Counted from the stretch's first letter, positions 1 to 8,194 are shown. The stretch is 64,000 nucleotides of DNA from an uncultured Candidatus Berkelbacteria bacterium (GCA_903834195.1 CAILIB010000037.1:19-64018), one strand, 5' to 3'. Notes: generated by a model from the sequence alone, not told the origin. Made by a program: numbers and translations.

Positions 1-279
1 GACGTGCTCTGCACGTCTGCTCACCCTCCCATAAAGAATAAGAATACCTAGGAGTAAATCCTAGGTATTCTTATGTAATTTATATTCCCTCTCTTAACAC
101 TGAACTCACCTTCCATAAGGTTATAAATAACGTGCGAGTAAATCCACGTTATTTATTTAGTAGTACCGTTACTATAGAGGGAAGGTGTAAACACCCTCCC
201 TCTCAACGACGTGCTCTGCACGTCTGCTCACCCTCCCATAAAGAATAAAATACCCGGAAATAAATTCCGGGTATTTTAT
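1..279. repeat. Tandem hairpin array (2 full-type units plus 1 degenerate unit; probably truncated at the window start)
   Basis: 1-41 is identical to 208-248. Three long hairpins (38-74, 123-156, 245-279) share an ATAA(g)A(A)TA base and a (G/A)TAAA loop but differ in mid-stem. Each is preceded by a CTCACCYTCC(C)ATAA motif. Confidence 0.85.
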
Positions 280-297
280 ATTGTTCTGAAAAGAGTA

Positions 298-1479
298 TTA
301 GGCGGAGAAAGCAGTATTGTTTGTGGCAACAGCTTCTACAGCGGTATCAGGTCCTACAACATCTGAAACCTTTACTTCAGGAGTTTCATCAGTAACTGCT
401 GTGCTGTCTGCAGCTAACATGAGTTCATCCAAATCGCCTTGGTTTGCTTCAGCGTCCTTAATCTTGATTGCTAGCTGTTCCAAGCGAACACGAACTTTTC
501 CGAGTGTTTCGTTTATCTTTTCATCTTTTGCATCATGGGATGCAATGCGAGCTTCAAGTGCTTTTTGAAGATCGGTGTCAGTTTTGCGAGCCACCTTAAT
601 TGCTTCTTGGTTTGCAAGGAGCTTTTGTTCGAGTTCTGTGTAGCGAGTTTGTTGACGTTTAAAGAGTTCAACAACTGATGTTGCTGTTACCTCAGGAGTT
701 TTTTCAACTTCGACAGGGGCCTCGACAACCTCTTCGGCAATAGGTTCAGGAGTAACTTCAGCTGTATCTTCAGCTGCTGTGACAACTTCTGAAGCTGGTT
801 CAACAAGTTCGGTTGTTAGTACAGGATTAACCACAGCTTCTTCTACAGGAGTTACAATTTGAACTGGTATTTCAGTAGCGTCTAGTGCTGCGCGTTTTTC
901 ACCTAATTCCAATGCTGAAGCATTGCCAGGAATCTCAGTATCGACAGTTCGAATGTCAGGATCAGTAAGTTGGAATGTTACCCCTTGAAGTTCATTGGCT
1001 GGTTCTGCGTCTGTTTCAACTAAACTAGGGGGTGTGCTTAGAATATCGGCAGTCTCTGTTACTGTGCTCGCAGGTGTAAGTGGTTCGATTGTATTCATTG
1101 GGCCGGTTACATCAACCATGCTCATTCCAGAAACTTTACTTGCAGGAACGGTGAGTGTGCCGTCAGGTTGGATCGGTGATTCAAGAGTTGCTGTGGCTGG
1201 AGTACCTTCAACTTGAACAATTACAGGTAATGTACCTGTTTTTGCAACGTTAGGTGTGCCACCAGTAAGTGGAACATCAGTTGCCCAAAAGCTACTCCCT
1301 GGCATTGTAGGTGCAGCTTCTTTTGCAGGCTGTTTCTCAACGGCAGAAGGGGACATGTCAACTAACTTGGCATCAGGACTAGGTGCTGCAGGCATAGCAG
1401 TAACAGCGGGCACATCTTCTTGTGCGACGATAGTTGGTTGTGGCTCTTTAGCGAAGCCTAAGGCGGATAGTATGCCCAT
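298..1479 (-). CDS. Hypothetical protein: acidic Pro/Thr/Glu-rich disordered region with a C-terminal coiled coil
   Basis: 393-aa ORF with low-complexity composition; heptad-like segment ELFKRQQTRYTELEQKL...LAIKIKDAE. Confidence 0.75.
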   Translation of the reverse strand: MGILSALGFAKEPQPTIVAQEDVPAVTAMPAAPSPDAKLVDMSPSAVEKQPAKEAAPTMPGSSFWATDVPLTGGTPNVAKTGTLPVIVQVEGTPATATLESPIQPDGTLTVPASKVSGMSMVDVTGPMNTIEPLTPASTVTETADILSTPPSLVETDAEPANELQGVTFQLTDPDIRTVDTEIPGNASALELGEKRAALDATEIPVQIVTPVEEAVVNPVLTTELVEPASEVVTAAEDTAEVTPEPIAEEVVEAPVEVEKTPEVTATSVVELFKRQQTRYTELEQKLLANQEAIKVARKTDTDLQKALEARIASHDAKDEKINETLGKVRVRLEQLAIKIKDAEANQGDLDELMLAADSTAVTDETPEVKVSDVVGPDTAVEAVATNNTAFSA

Positions 1480-1533
1480 GGAGAGATCGTTATTCTGACG
1501 ATGATTTCTTCAAGTATATATGTATCTCAACAT

Positions 1534-1570
1534 AAAGAAAAGCGCCTATTTCTAGACGCTTTTTCTCTTT
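1534..1570. terminator. Probable intrinsic terminator after efp
   Basis: AAAAGCG/CGCTTTT inverted repeat with A and T tracts. Confidence 0.6.
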
Positions 1571-1582
1571 TACGTAGTTCTG

Positions 1583-2146
1583 CTACTTATTAGCTCGTTC
1601 TACGTAGGAATTTTCTTCAGTATTAACTCGGATGATATCGCCGATTTTCACGAAGAGAGGGACGGTAATAGTCGCTCCTGTCTCGAGAGTAGCAGGCTTG
1701 GAGCCGCCTTGAGCAGTGTCTCCTTTAACACCTGGTTCGGTGTGAGATACTTCAAACTCCATTTTGATTGGGAAAATAACGCTCACAGGTTTTTCTTCGT
1801 AGAAGATAATCTGGAACTCGCCGCCTTCTTTGAGGTAGCGTGATTTATCACCAACTTCTTCAGCTTTGAGGTTGAACTGTTCAAAACTGTTGTTGTCCAT
1901 GAACACATACTCGCTACCCTCTTGGTAGAGGTATTGGCACGAGTGACGTTCAAGACTCGCTTCTTCAAACTTGTCGCTTCCTTTGAACGTAATGTCGAAG
2001 AGTGCGCTGGTTTTGAGGTTACGAAGTTTGGTGCGCATTACGGCGCCGCCGCGACCCATCTTTGAGTGTTGGTAGCTGATAACAACGCAGGGATCACCTT
2101 CGTAAACGATGGTGGTGCCAGTTTTAAGATCAGTAATTCCCAACAT
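1583..2146 (-). CDS. efp: Elongation factor P
   Basis: KMGRGGA loop; PGVKGDTA and KPATLETG...VPLF motifs. Confidence 0.97.
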   Translation of the reverse strand: MLGITDLKTGTTIVYEGDPCVVISYQHSKMGRGGAVMRTKLRNLKTSALFDITFKGSDKFEEASLERHSCQYLYQEGSEYVFMDNNSFEQFNLKAEEVGDKSRYLKEGGEFQIIFYEEKPVSVIFPIKMEFEVSHTEPGVKGDTAQGGSKPATLETGATITVPLFVKIGDIIRVNTEENSYVERANK

Positions 2147-2148
2147 TC

Positions 2149-2394
2149 CTACTGCTTAACGAATGGGAGAAGGGCAAGAATACGTGCACGCTTGATAGCG
2201 GTTGCAATCATACGCTGAGTAACAGGTGCGTTACCAGAGCGCTTGCGTGATTCGATTTGACCGAATTCGTTGGTATAACGACGGATAAGTGCAAGGTTCT
2301 TGTGGTCGATTTCGAGAACCTGACGAGTAATGCTCGCGCGGCGTTTGCGCTGAACAGGGTACCCGCTTTTGGAAGGTTTGCGTGGTGCTGCCAT
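2149..2394 (-). CDS. rpsR: 30S ribosomal protein S18 (Cys-free type)
   Basis: IDHKN...QRMIATAIKRARILALLPF; position after ssb. Confidence 0.96.
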   Translation of the reverse strand: MAAPRKPSKSGYPVQRKRRASITRQVLEIDHKNLALIRRYTNEFGQIESRKRSGNAPVTQRMIATAIKRARILALLPFVKQ

Positions 2395-2403
2395 GTGGTT
2401 GGT

Positions 2404-2865
2404 TTAAAAAGGAATATCGTCGATGTTGATTTCGTCAGTCGGATTAACCGCTGGCGATGCTTTGCGTGCTGCTGGAGCTGACTGAGGCATTGAGCCCATG
2501 TCATCACCTGCACCTCCGCCGAGGTTTTTGTTTACAACATCAGGTCCGAGAATAGTATCAGCAACAATTTCTGTCTTGTACTTTTTCTGTCCGTCTGGTG
2601 CTTCCCAAGAGCGACTTTGGAGACGTCCGCTTACGAAAATGCGGTCGCCTTTGTGGAGGACTTGGTTGCAGCGTTCACCGAGGGCACCCCATACCACGAT
2701 GTCGTGGAATTCGGCTGGGGAATCTACCCAGTTACCTGCAGTATCCTTGTAGCGACGGTTAGTTGCTACTGCGAATGAGGTAACACTCTGGTTGTTCGGA
2801 GTCATGCGAAGCTCAGGATCTCGGGTAAGATTTCCGATAACTTCGATGCGGTTGAGGTTGATCAT
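2404..2865 (-). CDS. ssb: Single-stranded DNA-binding protein
   Basis: GNLTRDPELR OB-fold start; C-terminal DDIPF. Confidence 0.98.
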   Translation of the reverse strand: MINLNRIEVIGNLTRDPELRMTPNNQSVTSFAVATNRRYKDTAGNWVDSPAEFHDIVVWGALGERCNQVLHKGDRIFVSGRLQSRSWEAPDGQKKYKTEIVADTILGPDVVNKNLGGGAGDDMGSMPQSAPAARKASPAVNPTDEINIDDIPF

Positions 2866-2889
2866 AGAAAGTGAGTTAGAAACGAATGG

Positions 2890-3417
2890 TTACTTGCTCT
2901 CTTCTTCCTTGAGGAGGTTGTCGAGCTGAGTATCGAGCTGAGCCAAGCGATCGGCTTCCGAAAGCTCTTCTAGATCTACTTCAATATCTTCGTGCTTTGC
3001 GGCGCGAGATGTTGTAGTACGACGAAGTTGCTCCTCAGCTGTTGCTGGTTCTTCACGATCTGAGCGACGGGTCTTCTTTTCTTCTTCAACAACAGGGTAG
3101 AGACTACCAGGTTGAGCTGAAGTGTACGCAATGGTTACCAGGGAACGGATGATGCTTTCGTCGAAACGTAGGTGGCGATCAAGGTTCTTAAGCTGGTCGG
3201 TTGGGAGTGAGAACCACATAGTAACGTACAAACCGCTACGGTTACGTGCGATTGGGTACGCGAGGTCACGACGACCCCATTGTTCGTCTTTGGTGTGAGT
3301 TCCGCCAAATTCGACGATTGCTTTTGTGATCTCGGCAGTTTTAGCTGTTGAGATCTCAGGAGTAGCAGTTTCTCCGAGGATGAACGTGAGCTCGTAGTTT
3401 TTTACAGGTGCTGACAT
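2890..3417 (-). CDS. rpsF: 30S ribosomal protein S6 with a long charged C-terminal extension
   Basis: YELTFI, WGRRDLAYPI and IIRSLV motifs; rpsF-ssb-rpsR gene order. Confidence 0.95.
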   Translation of the reverse strand: MSAPVKNYELTFILGETATPEISTAKTAEITKAIVEFGGTHTKDEQWGRRDLAYPIARNRSGLYVTMWFSLPTDQLKNLDRHLRFDESIIRSLVTIAYTSAQPGSLYPVVEEEKKTRRSDREEPATAEEQLRRTTTSRAAKHEDIEVDLEELSEADRLAQLDTQLDNLLKEEESK

Positions 3418-3478
3418 ATATATTTAGAAACGGACAACAAATAAAGTGGATTAGATAGCATCCACCAATGGCACTTCG
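3418..3478 (-). promoter_or_regulatory. rpsF 5' leader, possibly an S6:S18 autoregulatory element
   Basis: TGG-TACTAT -10-like element near 3480; GTGGAT/ATCCAC hairpin and a CCG in the leader. Mostly positional inference. Confidence 0.3.
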
Positions 3479-3572
3479 CATAGTACCAGAAAGAGTAGCT
3501 TCCTGCAATTATCTGGTCAGGTAGTTTAGTACAAGGGGATTGTATAATAGTGAAAAAGTGCTATCATCCTTT

Positions 3573-3677
3573 GGTGGTCCGGCGTATTCTCTTGGCGGAT
3601 CCATATCAACCTCCTGTTGAGGGGCCACTGCGGTGGCCTCTCAGCTGATCTTTCACTTGTACGCAGGTGATTTTTTT
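3573..3677 (+). ncRNA. Putative small RNA A with an anti-SD seed (ACCTCCT)
   Basis: Extended -10 TGcTATCAT at 3559-3567; 13-bp hairpin 3616-3645; terminator hairpin 3653-3670 followed by T7. Confidence 0.55.
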
Positions 3678-3689
3678 GTTACAAAACAT

Positions 3690-3941
3690 ACATCGGACGA
3701 CCACCTCTGATTCTGTGACCCCGACTGGATACCGCGACAAGCGCTCCTGCTGTGGATGTGTTAAGAACTATGTGGAGGGACGGCTGGCAGCCTACCTGAT
3801 ACTATCCCAAGAGTAAGTATATCGTACCGTATTCCGGAAGCAGCCTTGCTGACACTTCAAAACCTGTGTTTTTTCTAGGTTCACTAGAAATACCGGAATT
3901 CTATTTGCGGCTACTACCACCCCGGAGTGCCGCAATTTTTT
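3690..3941 (+). ncRNA. Putative structured RNA B containing a cloverleaf four-way junction
   Basis: Cloverleaf at 3831-3899; terminator TTGCGGC/GCCGCAA plus T6 at 3905-3941; no credible ORF. Confidence 0.45.
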
Positions 3942-3975
3942 ATTGCATGTGAAATTAGTTCTTGATATAAGGGAA

Positions 3976-4252
3976 GGGATCGGTTCACACTCGTGTGATC
4001 CACTTACTCAATCAGGTACGAACTGAGCGAGCAGTGGTGATCCTGTCTTATTGGTTTGGCAGTGTATGTGTGGTGCAGTGTTTTAAGTAGGAGACTGCCG
4101 GGGAATCTGTTGGTGCATCAACTATTCCACGAAACCGTACTGAGGATGTGTACAAAACAGAAAGTGCTACGCGAAAGTATTGTGCGTGTACATTTTACCT
4201 GTTCATCCTTTGTTTCATTGGGCCCCCTCAGTGGTTGGGGGTCCTATTTTTT
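3976..4252 (+). ncRNA. Putative structured RNA C (~275 nt)
   Basis: TTGCAT-17-TATAAG promoter at 3943-3971; nested stems; terminator GGGCCCCC/GGGGGTCC plus T6 at 4220-4252. Confidence 0.55.
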
Positions 4253-4283
4253 ATGCTTAAACCTGATAATTGCACTATATACC

Positions 4284-4312
4284 TTGACAAAATGCTTGAT
4301 TTGACGTATACT
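4284..4312 (+). promoter_or_regulatory. Near-consensus sigma70 promoter
   Basis: TTGACA-17 bp-TATACT. Confidence 0.8.
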
Positions 4313-4336
4313 CATGTAATTTCAAAAAACAAATAT

Positions 4337-4501
4337 ATGAAAAAAACGTCAAAAACTCAAAAAGAAGTAAATCAAGTTGAAGAGCTCAATGAGCAGCGAC
4401 TTGCCTACATTGCTCGAATTAAAATGGAAGTTGGCCAGCCGGTAGATAATATCGGACATCCAGAACCATTCATTCCGCAACTACACCGCGTTACTGCCTA
4501 A
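4337..4501 (+). CDS. Small hypothetical protein (54 aa, MKKTSKTQ...)
   Basis: ATG lies downstream of the strong promoter. The longer 4148 start in the ORF track would run through a terminator and the promoter. Confidence 0.6.
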   Translation: MKKTSKTQKEVNQVEELNEQRLAYIARIKMEVGQPVDNIGHPEPFIPQLHRVTA

Positions 4502-4510
4502 GTAACAGAG

Positions 4511-4538
4511 AAAATACCCCTTACTCAGGGGTATTTTT
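4511..4538. terminator. Bidirectional terminator overlapping the Xer gene stop
   Basis: AAAATACCCC-loop-GGGGTATTTT between convergent genes. Confidence 0.75.
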
Positions 4539-5483
4539 GTGTTCAATTTCCTCAAGTTTCTTACCATGGAAGCGCTCGTGTACTTCATGTAGTTGCTGGT
4601 TGGTGATGTGGGTGTAGATTTGGGTGGTTGTAATAGAAGCGTGGCCAAGTAGGGTTTGCACAGAGCGAATATCAGCACCGTTTAATAGAAGGTCAGTAGC
4701 AAATGAGTGGCGCAAGCTATGGGGAGTAATATTTTTCACAATTCCGGCGGCTCCACTGTGTTTTTGAATAATACGGTCTACTGAGCGGGGAGTGAGGCGA
4801 CTGGCCTGCAATTGGACTTTAGGGGATGGATCATCACCAACACCTTTACCGCGGTAGCCAACAAAGGCTGCGTCGTTTTCATCAACGCGGCGAGAAAAGT
4901 ACTTGTCGAGCCATTCTTTGGCACGCTCAGAAATAAACACAATCCGCTCTTTGCGACCTTTACCAACTACGCGCATTTCACCAGTGTTCGTATTGAGCAT
5001 GCGTTTATCAAGAGAGGCAAGTTCACTAACCCGTAGACCGGTAGAGAAGAGGAGCTCAATAATTGCACGATCGCGCAAACCCGTCATTGTGCTGGTATCG
5101 GGTTGTTGGAGGATATTCTCGAGTTCTTCCGGGGTGAGGTAGGATAACTCGCGGGGTTCAAGTTTGGGAAGTTCAATCTGATCTGGAGATAGGCACGGAA
5201 TGCCACGTTTAACGATATATCGGAAAAGGGAACGAAGACCGATTACATAATAGGTCTGCGTTTTTAACGTCAGCGGTTCGTTATAACCGTCTAGATAGGT
5301 ATATAGGTAGACACGATACTTGCGAATTTGTTCGGCAGTAATATCGCCGACTTCAATATCTTTTTTGAGCCACTGGGCAAAACGCTCCAAATAAAAGCGA
5401 TAGGCGACAATTGTCCGCGGTGAGCGGTTCTTTTCGACCTGGAGGTGTTCCAAAAAGTCGTTAGTAGCTGTGGAGAGTAACAT
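4521..5483 (-). CDS. XerC/XerD-family tyrosine recombinase
   Basis: Motifs RDRAIIELLFSTGLRVSEL, VGKGRKER, HSLRHSFAT, LLGH and TTQIYTH. Start moved to MLLSTAT (5483) to avoid overlapping the divergent gene. Confidence 0.93.
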   Translation of the reverse strand: MLLSTATNDFLEHLQVEKNRSPRTIVAYRFYLERFAQWLKKDIEVGDITAEQIRKYRVYLYTYLDGYNEPLTLKTQTYYVIGLRSLFRYIVKRGIPCLSPDQIELPKLEPRELSYLTPEELENILQQPDTSTMTGLRDRAIIELLFSTGLRVSELASLDKRMLNTNTGEMRVVGKGRKERIVFISERAKEWLDKYFSRRVDENDAAFVGYRGKGVGDDPSPKVQLQASRLTPRSVDRIIQKHSGAAGIVKNITPHSLRHSFATDLLLNGADIRSVQTLLGHASITTTQIYTHITNQQLHEVHERFHGKKLEEIEHKNTPE

Positions 5484-5505
5484 GTGTCCATGATACACTA
5501 GAGCC

Positions 5506-6069
5506 ATGATTGCTGCAGTACAAAATCTCGACTTCTCGATTGTGAACACGTTGTCTACATATACAGTGACCCATACCTGGGCCAGTGTTTTAGTGTATGT
5601 TTGTGCTGAAATGCTCATTGCAGTGCCATTTTTAACCTTGGCATTGATGTGGTTTCAACCTGGTCGGTTTACCACCTATAGACCAATTCGCAAGGCAGTA
5701 GTAATGACGATTATGGCACTTACGGTGGCATTGGCGTTAAAGTCGTTGATTGCCTTTCTGATATCGCGGGATCGGCCATTTATTTCACACCCAGACATGC
5801 TATATCTACCATTTAAAGTAGATAGCTCTAGTTTTCCTTCTGGACATACAATCTTGGCCTTTACCATGGCCTTTAGTTTGCTTTGGTCAAAGTTTCAACG
5901 CACTGGAACTACTTTTTTGCTTATAGCGTGTATAGTAGCTTTTGCACGGGTTGCTGCGGGTGTACACTATCCTACTGATATTCTCGGAGGGATTGTTGTA
6001 GCCTTTATTGCAACTTGGTTTGTGTTTCGAGAGGCTAGTGGGGTGAGAGAGTACCTTCCTAATAAGTAG
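5506..6069 (+). CDS. PAP2-family membrane phosphatase (undecaprenyl-diphosphatase BcrC-like)
   Basis: K...RDRP, SFPSGH and ARVAAGVHYPTD motifs. Confidence 0.92.
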   Translation: MIAAVQNLDFSIVNTLSTYTVTHTWASVLVYVCAEMLIAVPFLTLALMWFQPGRFTTYRPIRKAVVMTIMALTVALALKSLIAFLISRDRPFISHPDMLYLPFKVDSSSFPSGHTILAFTMAFSLLWSKFQRTGTTFLLIACIVAFARVAAGVHYPTDILGGIVVAFIATWFVFREASGVREYLPNK

Positions 6070-6073
6070 TTTC

Positions 6074-6195
6074 CAGACTGTAAGGCTTGGCGTCTTTCTG
6101 TGTTAGAATCTCCGCTCTTCCCTCAACGCACCAGTAAGTACGCCTCAGTCAGATACTCGATTCTGCCTTGAAATACGCATAAGCCTTACAGTCTG
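6074..6195. repeat. REP/MITE-like long hairpin element
   Basis: 15-bp perfect inverted repeat CAGACTGTAAGGCTT/AAGCCTTACAGTCTG. Internal 6115-6174 matches 29675-29733 at 47 of 60 positions by manual alignment. Confidence 0.75.
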
Positions 6196-6234
6196 CAGAT
6201 TTTTATAAATTGAAATAACAGAGTAACGACAGAA

Positions 6235-8145
6235 ATGGTTGATTTGTTGAGCGCCTTAAACAAAGAACAGCAACTGGCAGTTCAGACGACGGACGGGCCT
6301 GTTTTAATTTTGGCTGGTGCAGGTTCGGGAAAAACTAAGGCCTTAACCCATCGGTTTGCCTATCTTCTTCGAGAAAAGCGGGTGAGCCCGTACCAGATTC
6401 TTTGTGTAACGTTTACCAATAAGGCTGCCAACGAAATGCGCGAGCGTATTGGGCGGTTATTGGGCGATGAACAGGGTGAGGTGACGCTGCCTTGGCTTGG
6501 AACCTTTCACTCGGTTTGTGTGCGCATTTTACGCCGCGAGTTGGAGCATACTTCGCTCGGGTATAGTTCTCGGTTTGCTATTTATGATGAGGGCGACATG
6601 CAGCAGGCAGTAAAGCGGGCTATGACAGAACTGAATATTGATGCCAAGCAGTTTAATCCACGAACAATTCATTCCCAGATTTCGAGTGCTAAAAATGAGT
6701 TGGTAGATCCAAAAGAGTACGGCCAATTTGCTCTAGGCTTGTTTCAGAAAACCGTTCATGCGGTGTACGAGCGGTACCAAAAGTTACTCCGAGATGCTAA
6801 TGCATTGGATTTCGACGACATTATGCTGGTGACACTCGATATGTTTAAGAAGCATCCCGAGATTCTGGCGAAGTACCAGGAGCTCTATCGGTATGTAATG
6901 GTGGATGAGTATCAAGATACGAACAAGGCGCAGTATTTGTTGATCAAACAGTTGGCGTCGGTGAATCGAAACTTATTTGTGATTGGGGACGACTGGCAGT
7001 CGGTGTACTCTTGGCGGGGTGCTGATTTTCGTAATATTTTGGATTTTCACAAGGACTATCCGGATGCCACGATTATTAAACTCGAACAAAATTATCGCTC
7101 CACGCAGACAATTTTGGACGCAGCTCAGGCGGTAATCACTAAAAACGAGCAGCGCAGTGACAAAAAACTCTGGACCAATGGTCCGGTGGGTTCACTCGTA
7201 AGTGTGGTTGAGTGTCTTAATGAGAAAGATGAAGGGGAGTTCATTATTCGCGAAATTAAAGGACTGCTTCGAAGTAGTCAGTTTACCGGTCTGCATTCGT
7301 ATAATGATTTTGTCATTTTATATAGGACCAACGCCCAATCGCGGTTACTGGAAGAAACGCTCCTGAAGTACAGTATTCCATATCGGATTGTGGGAGGGGT
7401 AAAGTTCTACGAACGCAAAGAGGTAAAGGATATTTTGGCCTATTTGCGCCTCATTTCTAACCCGAACGACTGGGTGAGTATGGAGCGAATTATTAATGTT
7501 CCGGCGCGGGGAATTGGGCCAAAGGCAGTATTGGAATTGCGAAGTATGCCTGGAGGTGATCAGCTCGATGTGGCACTTTTACCTGCTAAAGTGCAAACGT
7601 TCTTTATTATGATTGACCAGTTGCGTAAGTTGGCTGAGAATCGAAGTGTTTCTCAGTTGGTTGAAGAAGTTGCGGTTCGGACTGGATATCGTGATTTCCT
7701 GAAGGATGGCTCTATTGAAGGGGAAAGTCGTTGGGAGAACATTCAAGAATTAGTTGGTGCAGCTCAAAGTGCCGAAGATCTGCAGACGTTCTTGGAAAAT
7801 GTTGCGTTAGTTCAGGATGCTGAAGAATCAGTAGATCGTCAGATTGAATCAGGGGAAATTGACGGTGCGCTCACATTGATGACATTGCATGGTTCAAAAG
7901 GGCTCGAGTTTCCCGTGGTGTTCATGAGTGGAATGGAAGAGGGAATTTTCCCTCATAGTCGTGCCTTTACTGAGAAAAATGAAATGGAAGAAGAACGTCG
8001 TTTGGCCTATGTCGGAATGACACGGGCGAAGGAACGGCTGTACTTATTGTATGCGTTTGAGCGTCGGATTTACGGCTTGCTTCAGAGTAATCCTCCATCT
8101 CGGTTTATTTACGAGATTCCTGAGGAGTTGCGGGAAAAGATTTAG
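6235..8145 (+). CDS. pcrA: ATP-dependent DNA helicase PcrA/UvrD
   Basis: AGAGSGKT, TFTNKAA, VDEYQD, LEQNYRS and EERRLAYVGMTRA motifs. Confidence 0.95.
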   Translation: MVDLLSALNKEQQLAVQTTDGPVLILAGAGSGKTKALTHRFAYLLREKRVSPYQILCVTFTNKAANEMRERIGRLLGDEQGEVTLPWLGTFHSVCVRILRRELEHTSLGYSSRFAIYDEGDMQQAVKRAMTELNIDAKQFNPRTIHSQISSAKNELVDPKEYGQFALGLFQKTVHAVYERYQKLLRDANALDFDDIMLVTLDMFKKHPEILAKYQELYRYVMVDEYQDTNKAQYLLIKQLASVNRNLFVIGDDWQSVYSWRGADFRNILDFHKDYPDATIIKLEQNYRSTQTILDAAQAVITKNEQRSDKKLWTNGPVGSLVSVVECLNEKDEGEFIIREIKGLLRSSQFTGLHSYNDFVILYRTNAQSRLLEETLLKYSIPYRIVGGVKFYERKEVKDILAYLRLISNPNDWVSMERIINVPARGIGPKAVLELRSMPGGDQLDVALLPAKVQTFFIMIDQLRKLAENRSVSQLVEEVAVRTGYRDFLKDGSIEGESRWENIQELVGAAQSAEDLQTFLENVALVQDAEESVDRQIESGEIDGALTLMTLHGSKGLEFPVVFMSGMEEGIFPHSRAFTEKNEMEEERRLAYVGMTRAKERLYLLYAFERRIYGLLQSNPPSRFIYEIPEELREKI

Positions 8146-8154
8146 TATAAAAAT

Positions 8155-8194
8155 ATGCCGTTGCCTCCTGCTTGGGGTGGTGCAACGGCATTTT
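8155..8194 (+). terminator. Intrinsic terminator after pcrA
   Basis: ATGCCGTTGC/GCAACGGCAT stem plus T tract. Confidence 0.65.

Noticed and set aside
1..279. CRISPR array
   Set aside because: Only two exact repeats, irregular spacing, self-complementary intervening sequence, and no cas genes in the window.
3571..3750. T-box-like words (GGTGGTCCGGCG; TGGATACCGCG)
   Set aside because: No proper UGGNACC antiterminator bulge with flanking helices, no stem I, and no downstream synthetase gene.
3760..3855. SAM-I riboswitch resemblance (GTGGAGGGAC-GGC, GGCAGCC, ATTCC, GCAG..CTGA)
   Set aside because: The 3' half of P2 and the AUC/GAU P1 and GGUGC elements are missing, and no regulated CDS follows. 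A covariance search would be needed to revive it.
4070..4205. Cobalamin riboswitch or hammerhead-like fragments (GGGAA..GGTG; CTGAGGA)
   Set aside because: Core motifs are incomplete or in the wrong order.
4056..4336. ORFs 4056-4304 and the 4148 start from the ORF track
   Set aside because: They cross a clear terminator and promoter and have no recognisable protein features.
4521..5483. Tyrosine recombinase as a prophage or island integrase
   Set aside because: Size and motifs fit housekeeping Xer; no att repeats, phage genes or conjugation genes nearby.
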